A stretch of 64,000 bases of DNA from an uncultured Bacteroidota bacterium (GTDB taxonomy: Bacteria; Bacteroidota; Bacteroidia; Chitinophagales; Chitinophagaceae): the NCBI GenBank assembly GCA_903887415.1, contig CAISPO010000001.1:48728-112727 (forward strand). The letters run 5' to 3'. Under the pieces are notes generated by a model. The model ran no database searches. It was not told where the DNA came from and saw only the letters and a list, made by a program, of their open reading frames with translations. Below are positions 55,899-64,000 of this stretch, piece by piece (positions within the stretch are counted from its first letter, which is position 1; each line of letters starts with the position of its first letter). A program made the position numbers and the translations under genes.

Positions 55899-56942
55899 TC
55901 AGGGGTTTGCATGATCCACATTCGCCAACTGCCCGCAAGCCGCATCTATATCCTTACCCCGGCTTCTTCTCAGGTGTGCATTCACTTTGTTTGCTTTCAG
56001 ATACTCCATGAATTCATCAACCCTGTCCTCATCGGGTTTCTCAAAACGGGCATTGTCTATCGGGTTGTACTCTATGATGTTGATAAGATCGGCGGGTACT
56101 TTGCGGTATATCTTTATCAGGTCATCGGCATCTTTCTGGCTGTCGTTGAAATCTTTAAAGAGTATATATTCAAAAGTGATCTCGTTGCCAGTCGCCCTGT
56201 AAAAGTAGTTGAGGGCCTCTACCAGCGCAGCAAGGTTGTTGCTCTCGTTGATGGGCATGATCTCGTTCCGCTTATGGTCGGTAGCGGCATGCAGGGACAG
56301 CGCCAGTTTAAAACGTACCTTGTCATCTGCCAGTTGCTTGATCATCTTTGCCACACCGGCTGTTGATACGGTAATGCGCCGTGGGCTCATGCCCAGCCCT
56401 TCCGGCGAGGTAATGCGCTCTATGGCCTTCATCATATTCTTGTAGTTGAGCAGTGGTTCTCCCATACCCATGAATACAATGTTGGAAAGGTTCTTATTGT
56501 AGTGTTTTTGTGCCAGTTCATTCAGCAGCGTCACCTCATCTACTATCTCGTCAAAGTCCAGGTTACGCTTGCGGTCCATATAGCCGGTTGCGCAGAATTT
56601 GCAGCTCAGCGAGCAGCCCACCTGCGATGACACGCAGGCTGTCATGCGTTTTTCTGTAGGTATCAGTACACTTTCCACATAAAAGCCATCATGCAGTTGC
56701 AGGCGGTTCTTTATGGTGCCATCGCTACTGTACTGGCTGTGGTGCATTTTCACTTTAGGTATGAAAAATTCCTGGGAGAGCTTTTCCCGCAGGGCTTTTG
56801 ATAGATTGGTCATATCATTAATGTCCGCAGCAAACTTTTGCCATACCCATTCATGCACCTGTTTTGCCCTGAATTTTGGTTCACCAATTGCTGCCATCAT
56901 CACCTCAAGGTCCGGCAGCGTTATTTCACGCAGATTTTTCAT
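55899..56942 (-). CDS. rlmN: 23S rRNA (adenine2503-C2) methyltransferase
   Basis: CVSSQVGCSLSCKFCATG, VFMGMGEPL, SLHA, GKDIDAACGQL. Confidence 0.96.
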   Translation of the reverse strand: MKNLREITLPDLEVMMAAIGEPKFRAKQVHEWVWQKFAADINDMTNLSKALREKLSQEFFIPKVKMHHSQYSSDGTIKNRLQLHDGFYVESVLIPTEKRMTACVSSQVGCSLSCKFCATGYMDRKRNLDFDEIVDEVTLLNELAQKHYNKNLSNIVFMGMGEPLLNYKNMMKAIERITSPEGLGMSPRRITVSTAGVAKMIKQLADDKVRFKLALSLHAATDHKRNEIMPINESNNLAALVEALNYFYRATGNEITFEYILFKDFNDSQKDADDLIKIYRKVPADLINIIEYNPIDNARFEKPDEDRVDEFMEYLKANKVNAHLRRSRGKDIDAACGQLANVDHANP

Positions 56943-57005
56943 GGCGCAAAGGTAGGTGAATAAGGTAAAAGGTTGATATGTTAATATGTTAAAACGAAGA
57001 AGGCC

Positions 57006-58214
57006 TTATAACACCTGGTTCTTCAACAGATCTTCAAAATTATCCCTTCGTCTTATCAGCACAGGTTTCCCATCTTTTACCATTACCTCCGCAGGCTTCA
57101 GTCTCGAATTGAAGTTGCTGCTCATTTCAAAGCCATACGCCCCCGCATTGTGGAATACCAGGTAATCACCCTCCCTTATTTCACTGAGCACTCTGTCCCA
57201 CGCAAAGGTGTCGGTCTCACAAATGTTACCAACCACGGTATATATGCGTTTTGCCCCCGTGGAATTGGATATGTTAGTGATTCGGTGATATGCGTCATAG
57301 AACATGGGCCGTATGAGGTGGTTAAAACCAGAGTTCACCCCCACAAAAACGGTAGCTGTCGTTTGCTTGATCACATTCGCCTTTACTACAAAGTAGCCAC
57401 AATCGCTTACCAGGTATTTACCCGGCTCAAACCATAGCTCCAGTTTGCGGTGATAGCCCTCTTCAAATTTCTTTGCCGCCTCTGCAACCTTTGCGCCCAG
57501 CAGTTGCACATCAGTATCGTGTTCATCGTCCTTATAGGCTACTTTAAATCCGCTGCCAAGATCTATAAAATCAAGTGCGTCAAAATGGGTCGCTACATCA
57601 AACAATACATCAAGTCCCTGCAAAAATACTTCGATGTCCTTTATCTCACTGCCTGTGTGCATATGCAGCCCCGCTATGTGCAGGCCTGTTGTCTTTACTA
57701 TTCGCTCTATATGCCGCAACTGGTGGATAGAGATACCGAACTTGCTATCTATATGCCCGGTAGATATTTTATAATTGCCACCGGCAATAATATGCGGATT
57801 GATGCGGATGCATACCGGATAACTACCGCCATACTTATGCCCAAACTGTTCCAGTATAGATATGCTATCAATATTGATCCGAACACCAAGTTCCACGCCC
57901 TCCATATATTCACTGAGGTCCACACTGTTTGGCGTAAAAAGAATCTCCTCAGGCTTGTACCCGGCCAGCAGGCCCAACTTCACTTCGTTGATGCTCACAC
58001 AATCCAACAACGCACCAAGGCTGTGCATATACTTAAGTATGTTCACATTGCTCAGCGCCTTGCAGGCATAGAAAAACCGGGTTGGATACTGCTTAAAAGC
58101 ATCCGTTAGTTTGCTGTACTGTTCAGCTATTTTTTTCGCATGATATACATACACAGGTGTGCCAAATTCATCGGCAATAGCAACAAGCTGCTCATTGGTG
58201 AGTTGTTCGTTCAT
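57006..58214 (-). CDS. lysA: Diaminopimelate decarboxylase
   Basis: FYACKA (PLP Lys), SKFGI, HMHTGS, EPGKY, GNICETD, GAYG..MSSNFN. Confidence 0.95.
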   Translation of the reverse strand: MNEQLTNEQLVAIADEFGTPVYVYHAKKIAEQYSKLTDAFKQYPTRFFYACKALSNVNILKYMHSLGALLDCVSINEVKLGLLAGYKPEEILFTPNSVDLSEYMEGVELGVRINIDSISILEQFGHKYGGSYPVCIRINPHIIAGGNYKISTGHIDSKFGISIHQLRHIERIVKTTGLHIAGLHMHTGSEIKDIEVFLQGLDVLFDVATHFDALDFIDLGSGFKVAYKDDEHDTDVQLLGAKVAEAAKKFEEGYHRKLELWFEPGKYLVSDCGYFVVKANVIKQTTATVFVGVNSGFNHLIRPMFYDAYHRITNISNSTGAKRIYTVVGNICETDTFAWDRVLSEIREGDYLVFHNAGAYGFEMSSNFNSRLKPAEVMVKDGKPVLIRRRDNFEDLLKNQVL

Positions 58215-58288
58215 GGCGCAAAAGTATGTTGTTAGTTGATTGGTTAAACGGGCAAATGGTTAAAACCATAATAAGATTTCCCAGGTCT

Positions 58289-59305
58289 TCAGTTCTTGCG
58301 CGCGAGAAAATCCCTCGCAGCATCTGCTCCGTTGGTAAATAGCAATTTTTTCTGCTCCAGGGTTATATGCCGCACACGTGGGCTCAGATTGCTGGTGCTT
58401 ATATAAATGGAATGTTTCGCCTCTTCATCGTGCGCAATATTTTTATTCAGTTGCTCTATAGTGAGATTGTACAGAGCGGCTAAATAGCCGGGAAGCGAAT
58501 GAATATTATAAGGTGCGATACCAGTATTTGTTTTGCCATATGCTATCTGCTCCGGCCGCTCCAGTTTTAGGCCAAGGGTATGTTCGTTTATGGTGTTGGT
58601 GGCATTGTCATGGGCGTTATTAAACAGAGTAATGGGATAATTAGCCAGCAGTCCGCCATCTACATATACGTTGTAATGCCCCTCTTTTTCCGGATGTTCA
58701 ATAACGTTATCCGTGCTGTCCAGGAACACTGCCCCGTAATACAGCGGCACCGAGGCACTGGCCCTCACGGCTATTTTTATAGGCATATCGGGATGTGTTT
58801 CCCAACTAAAGACTTCAAGGCTTTGTTTGGTTAAGTTGGTGGCCGGAATGTACAGGTCTTTGAATTTCTTATCTGTTTCTGTCAACATGTGCAATTGCAG
58901 GAACGTAGTGTTTTCGCTTCCTGTTTGTTTGGCTATCTGCTTGCCCATCCACTGCTCCAGCTTTTCTCCTTTATACCAGCCAAAGTTTTTCCTCAACCTT
59001 CTTTGCCCGCCAATGAAGAACCACTCCCCGTCATTAAAGGTTGCAATGTCGAGGTGCAGCATAATGTCTTCCATCTCGTTTGCCGTATAGCCCATGCATA
59101 ACAGGGTTCCTGTTATAGCGCCAACCGAGGTACCCGCCACTTTTTCTATAGTTTGGGTTATTTTTTGTTCTTCCAATACTTTCAATGCGCCTGTATATGC
59201 GATACCGCGAATTCCACCGCCCTTTAAAACCAGGTATTTATATTCCTGCGAGTGAGACAATGAAGGCAACAGGAACAAGGAAAGAATAAACAGTATATAG
59301 CGCAT
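58289..59305 (-). CDS. Patatin-like phospholipase
   Basis: GGGIRG oxyanion loop, GTSVG nucleophile, DGG; signal peptide. Confidence 0.92.
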   Translation of the reverse strand: MRYILFILSLFLLPSLSHSQEYKYLVLKGGGIRGIAYTGALKVLEEQKITQTIEKVAGTSVGAITGTLLCMGYTANEMEDIMLHLDIATFNDGEWFFIGGQRRLRKNFGWYKGEKLEQWMGKQIAKQTGSENTTFLQLHMLTETDKKFKDLYIPATNLTKQSLEVFSWETHPDMPIKIAVRASASVPLYYGAVFLDSTDNVIEHPEKEGHYNVYVDGGLLANYPITLFNNAHDNATNTINEHTLGLKLERPEQIAYGKTNTGIAPYNIHSLPGYLAALYNLTIEQLNKNIAHDEEAKHSIYISTSNLSPRVRHITLEQKKLLFTNGADAARDFLARKN

Positions 59306-59327
59306 CGATGTGGTAATTTTAAGGTTT

Positions 59328-60413
59328 CTACTTCACCTGCCTCCGGTACATCAAAAACGCCACACCCGCGAATATCACATTGGGTATCCATACTGCGGCA
59401 AGCGGGCTCAGGTTGGCCTTGGTAGAGAATGTGGTAGATAGCTGCATGAACATGATATACACTGCGCTGATCACTATGCCCAGCGCCAGGTGCAGGCCGC
59501 TGCCGCCGCGTATCTTGCGGCTGGCAATGCAGGCGCCTATAATGATAAGCACCAGCGCGGCAAACGGCTGTGCCGACCTGCGCTCTTTTTCAATATAATA
59601 CAGGTTCAGGTTTTCGCGCCCGCGCAGTTGCTCTTGCGAGATGTAGCGGTTGAGCTGCGGCGTCGTAAGCGCTTCTTTTATGGCATCCGTCTTGCTGAGA
59701 TCTAGTGGTACAAACGGATACTTAATATTCGTGTCCATTACCTTCTGCAACCGTTCAGCTATGGTGTCGTTGCCGCGGATCACTACATTGTGCAGGTGCC
59801 ACACTTTCTTAGTGGTATCGTAAGATGCATAGTCAGCCATCAGCTTCTCCTTTAGCATGGTGCCATTCACTTTCTCGCAGGTAAACCGGTTGCCAGAAAG
59901 GGTGCTGAAGTTGAAATTCTGAAAGTATATATAGGTGTCTTTGGATATCCCCAGGTGGATGTTCTCTCCAGCGTAGGCATAGTTGCCTTCGTTAATGTAG
60001 GTATCCTCAAAATGTATGCGCTGTTTGTTGGCTATCGGTATGATCCAGTGGTTGGCGATCAGGGAAATGATGCAAAGAAACCCGCCGCCAATAACATAAG
60101 GCCGTAAAAAACGCTGAAAAGATACGCCGGACGAAAGTATGGCAATGATCTCCGACTTATAAGCGATCTTGGAGGTGAAAAAAATGGTAGCAATAAAAAT
60201 GAATAAAGGAAACAGAAGGGCCGTAATATGCGGCACAAAATTCTTATAGTAGTTCATCACCTCGGCCAGTGGCACCTTCTTGGAAACAATATTATCAACC
60301 TTTTCTGAATAGTCGATAACGCACGATATTACGGCAAACACCATAATGGCGAAGAAAAAGGTGCTGAACAACTTTTTGATAATGTACCAATCCAGTTTCT
60401 TAATTAGCCCCAT
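59328..60413 (-). CDS. LptF/LptG family LPS export permease
   Basis: KKLDWYIIKK, KSEIIAILSSGVSFQR, RKIRGGSG, AVWIPNVIF. Confidence 0.92.
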   Translation of the reverse strand: MGLIKKLDWYIIKKLFSTFFFAIMVFAVISCVIDYSEKVDNIVSKKVPLAEVMNYYKNFVPHITALLFPLFIFIATIFFTSKIAYKSEIIAILSSGVSFQRFLRPYVIGGGFLCIISLIANHWIIPIANKQRIHFEDTYINEGNYAYAGENIHLGISKDTYIYFQNFNFSTLSGNRFTCEKVNGTMLKEKLMADYASYDTTKKVWHLHNVVIRGNDTIAERLQKVMDTNIKYPFVPLDLSKTDAIKEALTTPQLNRYISQEQLRGRENLNLYYIEKERRSAQPFAALVLIIIGACIASRKIRGGSGLHLALGIVISAVYIMFMQLSTTFSTKANLSPLAAVWIPNVIFAGVAFLMYRRQVK

Positions 60414-60499
60414 GCAGATTCAAAAGTCAAAAATTAAAAGTTAAAAGAGGCATAAAGTAAAACCATTCCCTTGGAATTTGGAATTTAGTTATTGGAATT

Positions 60500-61630
60500 T
60501 CATAGCCGTTGTTTCAGCCTCGGTATCATTTCTAGTTTCCATGCATTAAAATCCCCGGCCAAAATATGCGTCCGGGCCTCTTTCACCAGGTGAAGATAAA
60601 AGGCTAAGTTATGGATACTTGCTATTTGCAGCGCCAATATCTCCGACGATACAAACAGGTGCCGCAAATAGGCTTTTGTATAGAACCGGCTGGTATGGCA
60701 ATCCAGCCCCTCATCTATACAGCTAAAGTCTTTCTCCCACTTTTTGTTTTTGATATTTATAACGCCGTTTGTCGTAAACAACATGCCATTTCGGCCATTG
60801 CGGGTAGGCATCACACAGTCAAACATATCTATCCCCAGTGATATATTCTCCAGTATATTCCACGGATTGCCCACGCCCATCAGGTAGCGGGGCTTGTCTG
60901 CCGGCAGGTAGTCACAGCATAGCGCAGAGAATTCATACATCATTTCTTCCGGTTCACCCACAGAGAGGCCGCCTATTGCGTTACCATCACACTCCAAGCT
61001 TGCCACAAACTCTGCAGAGGCCTGCCGCAGGTCCTTGTAAGTGCTGCCCTGTACTATCGGGAACAATGATTGATCGTAACCGTATTTTGCCTCTGTATTG
61101 GCCATTTGGGTTACGCACCGTGCCAGCCAGCGGTGCGTCAGCTCCATCGATTTTTTAGCATAGTCATATTCAGAAGGGTAGGGCGGGCACTCATCGAAAG
61201 CCATGATAATGTCTGCACCTATGCTCCGCTCGGTATCTATCACACTTTCTGGTGTAAACAGGTGCCGCGAGCCATCTATGTGCGACTGGAACACCACACC
61301 TTCTTCCTTTATCTTTCGGTTTGCAGCCAGCGAGAACACCTGGTAACCCCCGCTGTCCGTAAGTATAGGCCGGTCCCAGCCGTTGAATTTGTGCAAACCG
61401 CCCGCCTGCTCCAGTATGCTGGTGCCGGGGCGCAGGTACAGGTGGTAAGTATTGCCAAGTATTACTTGTGCTTTTACTTCTTCTTTAAGCTGGTCTTGCG
61501 TCACAGCCTTCACACTGCCCGCTGTGCCCACAGGCATAAAAATAGGGGTCTCAATAAGCCCGTGATCTGTGGAGATAACTCCTGCCCGGGCTTTTGATGC
61601 GATATCTGTAGCTTGTAGTTCGAATGTCAA
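60500..61630 (-). CDS. tgt: tRNA-guanine transglycosylase
   Basis: TPIFMPVGT, NTYHLYLRPG, TDSGGYQV, DCVMPTRNGRNG. Confidence 0.97.
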   Translation of the reverse strand: MTFELQATDIASKARAGVISTDHGLIETPIFMPVGTAGSVKAVTQDQLKEEVKAQVILGNTYHLYLRPGTSILEQAGGLHKFNGWDRPILTDSGGYQVFSLAANRKIKEEGVVFQSHIDGSRHLFTPESVIDTERSIGADIIMAFDECPPYPSEYDYAKKSMELTHRWLARCVTQMANTEAKYGYDQSLFPIVQGSTYKDLRQASAEFVASLECDGNAIGGLSVGEPEEMMYEFSALCCDYLPADKPRYLMGVGNPWNILENISLGIDMFDCVMPTRNGRNGMLFTTNGVINIKNKKWEKDFSCIDEGLDCHTSRFYTKAYLRHLFVSSEILALQIASIHNLAFYLHLVKEARTHILAGDFNAWKLEMIPRLKQRL

Positions 61631-61667
61631 GCGAAATGGTTTATTAGTTTAAAATTATCTTTACAAT

Positions 61668-62798
61668 ATGGTAGCTTTTTACCTTTTCGCCGTTTTCGCA
61701 GTTATTCAATGCATATACGCAATGTACTTCTTTATGCGTGTGTTTCGGTTACCTCCTGCTACTCATTTGCCGGTAAAAGACCGCCAGCCTGTCAGTGTCA
61801 TCATCTGCGCAAAGAACGAAGCCGCCAACCTCAAAGAAAATCTGCCTTCAATTTTGTCGCAAAGATATAATAATGGCAGCGATAAGGATGGCGGAGCTTT
61901 GTACGAGGTTATTGTGGTGAACGATGCCTCTGGAGATAACACAGCACATGTTTTAATGGAAATGGAGCAGTGGTACGGGAACTTGTGGGATATAGTCATT
62001 CTGCCGGATGTTGTTCGTGATCTGAAAGGAAAGAAATACGCCTTGAGCAAGGGGGTAGAAGCCGCCAGCTACGATTGGCTGGTGTTAATAGATGCCGACT
62101 GTGTGCCCTCCAGCCACGACTGGCTGGAAAAAATGGTGGCGCCACTGGCTGCGGGAAAGCAAATAGTGGCAGGCTATGGCGCTTATCATACAGGTAGCGG
62201 CCTATTGAATGCCTTTGTGCAATGGGAAACCATGCACACCTTCCTGCAATACAGCAGTTATGCGCTGGCCGGATTGCCCTATATGGCGGTTGGCAGGAAT
62301 ATGGCCTGCACCCGACAGGCTTTTCAGGAAGCGGCTGCCTCACCAACTTGGAATGCTCTGCCATCGGGGGATGATGACCTGCTGGTAAGTATTGTTGGTA
62401 ATGAGGGCAATACCGCTATCGTAGTTGACGAGGAAGCGTTTACAACGACTACAGCAAAAGCCACCTGGGCCGAGTGGCGAAAGCAAAAGCAACGGCACTT
62501 ATCCACCGGTAAATATTATAAACCACGTGTAAAATTGCTGCTTGGTTTGTACGGCGCATCCCATGCTTGCTTGTGGTTGTGCTTTTTTACATTGTTATTT
62601 TTCCATCATCCAGTGTTGGCAATTATAGTCATGACGATACGCTGCCTTATATATTGGGTAATATGGGCTGTCACCACTATTAAGCTGGGAAGAAAGAAAA
62701 TGATTTATTTCTTCCCTTTCTTCGATATAGGCTGGATGGTGTATAACTTTGCGTTTTTCCCATACATCACCCGCAAAGACGAAATAAATTGGAAATAG
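61668..62798 (+). CDS. Glycosyltransferase family 2 (inner membrane)
   Basis: SVIICAKNE, VVNDAS, GKKYAL, DADC, GRNMA, SGDDDL, QKQRH. Confidence 0.9.
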   Translation: MVAFYLFAVFAVIQCIYAMYFFMRVFRLPPATHLPVKDRQPVSVIICAKNEAANLKENLPSILSQRYNNGSDKDGGALYEVIVVNDASGDNTAHVLMEMEQWYGNLWDIVILPDVVRDLKGKKYALSKGVEAASYDWLVLIDADCVPSSHDWLEKMVAPLAAGKQIVAGYGAYHTGSGLLNAFVQWETMHTFLQYSSYALAGLPYMAVGRNMACTRQAFQEAAASPTWNALPSGDDDLLVSIVGNEGNTAIVVDEEAFTTTTAKATWAEWRKQKQRHLSTGKYYKPRVKLLLGLYGASHACLWLCFFTLLFFHHPVLAIIVMTIRCLIYWVIWAVTTIKLGRKKMIYFFPFFDIGWMVYNFAFFPYITRKDEINWK

Positions 62799-63427
62799 TT
62801 TTAAAATACTTCGCCGACTTTACAGAGCACCAGCTTACCCAGCTACAGCAATTGGAAGGCCTGTATAAAGAGTGGAACGAAAAAATAAATGTCATCTCCC
62901 GCAAAGACATAGATGCACTGTATGAGAAGCATGTGCTACACTCGCTTGCCATTGCCGCACTTTGCTCGTTCGACGATGGCGCGCAGGTCGTGGACATAGG
63001 CACCGGTGGCGGATTCCCGGGCATCCCGCTGGCTATTTTTTTCCCCAAAGTGAATTTCTTATTAGCAGACAGCATAGGCAAAAAGATAAAAGTGGTGCAG
63101 GAAGTTGCCGATGCAATTGGCCTTAAGAATGTGACAGCGGTACATGGAAGGGTGGAGGAAATCAAAGGCAGGACGTTTGATTTTGCAGTATCCCGCGCAG
63201 TAGCGCCCCTCGGCGACTTATGGAAATGGATAAACCCATTGATACGCCTCGGTCAAAGAAGCGATGAATTCCCCAACGGCTTGATATGCCTGAAAGGAGG
63301 CGACCTCACCAATGAGATCAAGGAATCAGGCCTGCAAAAAATAGCCCAGGCATGGCGTATCAACGATATATTCCCGGAACCGGCATTTGAAGAGAAGTTT
63401 GTGATATATGTGCCTAAATTAATTTAA
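62789..63427 (+). CDS. rsmG: 16S rRNA (guanine527-N7) methyltransferase
   Basis: WNEKINVISR, HVLHSL, DIGTGGGFPGIP, SRAVA, LKGG; TTG start overlapping the GT2 end. Confidence 0.96.
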   Translation: MEIVLKYFADFTEHQLTQLQQLEGLYKEWNEKINVISRKDIDALYEKHVLHSLAIAALCSFDDGAQVVDIGTGGGFPGIPLAIFFPKVNFLLADSIGKKIKVVQEVADAIGLKNVTAVHGRVEEIKGRTFDFAVSRAVAPLGDLWKWINPLIRLGQRSDEFPNGLICLKGGDLTNEIKESGLQKIAQAWRINDIFPEPAFEEKFVIYVPKLI

Positions 63428-63568
63428 AATTCAAAAGTCAAAATTCAAAAATGAATGTAGGAAAATGTTGTTCTCCGCAATTGAAGTGCTAATGAAACTC
63501 CAAATTTAAAAATAACAGCCATTTACCTTACTTTTGCCGCCTGATTCTAAATGCACTAACGATATAAT

Positions 63569-64000
63569 ATGGGTAGGATATTTGAAGTACGTAAGTCGTC
63601 GATGTTTGCACGTTACGACCGCATGGCCAAGCAGTTTAGCCGTGTAGGTAAGGAAATAGCAATAGCAGTAAAGAAGGGCGGCCCTGAGCCGGACACTAAC
63701 CCTATGCTGCGCCGTGTGATGCAGAATGCCAAGGGGTTCAACATGCCGAAGGACCGCATTGAGGCGGCCATAAAGAATGCCATGGGCAAAGACACCAGCA
63801 ACTATGATGAGGTGCTGTATGAAGGCTATGCACCCCATGGCATTGCCCTGCTTGTAGTTACAGCAACAGATAACACCACCCGCACAGTTGCAAATGTTCG
63901 TTCGCACTTCAATAAAGGCGGAGGCACGCTCGGCAATAGCGGATCAGTAGCCTTTTTGTTTAAACATCTCGGTGTTTTTAAGCTAAAATCTGATGGCCTG
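63569..64000 (+). CDS. YebC/PmpR family regulator (runs off the window)
   Basis: MGRIFEVRK...[11 protein letters not shown]...NMPKDRIE...YEGYAPHG...DNTTRT...GGTLG. Confidence 0.93.
   Translation, partial: MGRIFEVRKSSMFARYDRMAKQFSRVGKEIAIAVKKGGPEPDTNPMLRRVMQNAKGFNMPKDRIEAAIKNAMGKDTSNYDEVLYEGYAPHGIALLVVTATDNTTRTVANVRSHFNKGGGTLGNSGSVAFLFKHLGVFKLKSDGL

Noticed and set aside
8526-58214. Saccharopine dehydrogenase plus lysA as dual lysine biosynthesis
   Set aside because: Both are common in Bacteroidota and the dehydrogenase is plausibly catabolic; there is no linkage here.
140-63907. Numerous antisense and overlapping ORFs in the supplied track (e.g. 140-679, 22865-23596, 27058-27702)
   Set aside because: They are shadows of well-supported genes on the other strand or frame and lack recognisable motifs.
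1-64000. tRNA, rRNA, tmRNA, RNase P, prophage or integrase genes
   Set aside because: No diagnostic sequences were seen by eye; tRNAscan-SE or Infernal would be needed to exclude them fully.

Overview
64 kb chromosomal segment of a Bacteroidota bacterium, most consistent with Chitinophagaceae. Indicators are gldE, T9SS C-terminal sorting domains, TAnnTTTG -7 promoter boxes and A-rich translation starts without Shine-Dalgarno sequences. It is mostly housekeeping genes: nadB, gldE, ssb, mutY, accC, pyk, iscS, dnaB, pheT, pdxH, pepT, rlmN, lysA, tgt, rsmG and a yebC-family gene. Accessory modules are interspersed: a RelE-type toxin-antitoxin pair, a Y-family polymerase plus radical SAM cassette, an S1/P1 nuclease plus two T9SS proteins sharing 11-bp-periodic operator-like repeats, an MBOAT plus circularly permuted SGNH lipoprotein, and a 563-bp internally deleted IS4 element inserted in a REP palindrome. 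Intergenic DNA is rich in REP-like and heptamer repeats and holds two candidate structured RNAs. A DnaA-box-like cluster lies between dnaB and pheT. I saw no rRNA, tRNA, CRISPR array or prophage. The most intriguing items are a His-rich 95-aa protein with a duplicated DFPLSGG motif followed by a structured 3' element, and the putative phosphate/nucleic-acid scavenging regulon. All family assignments are from motif recognition by eye; no database search was run.
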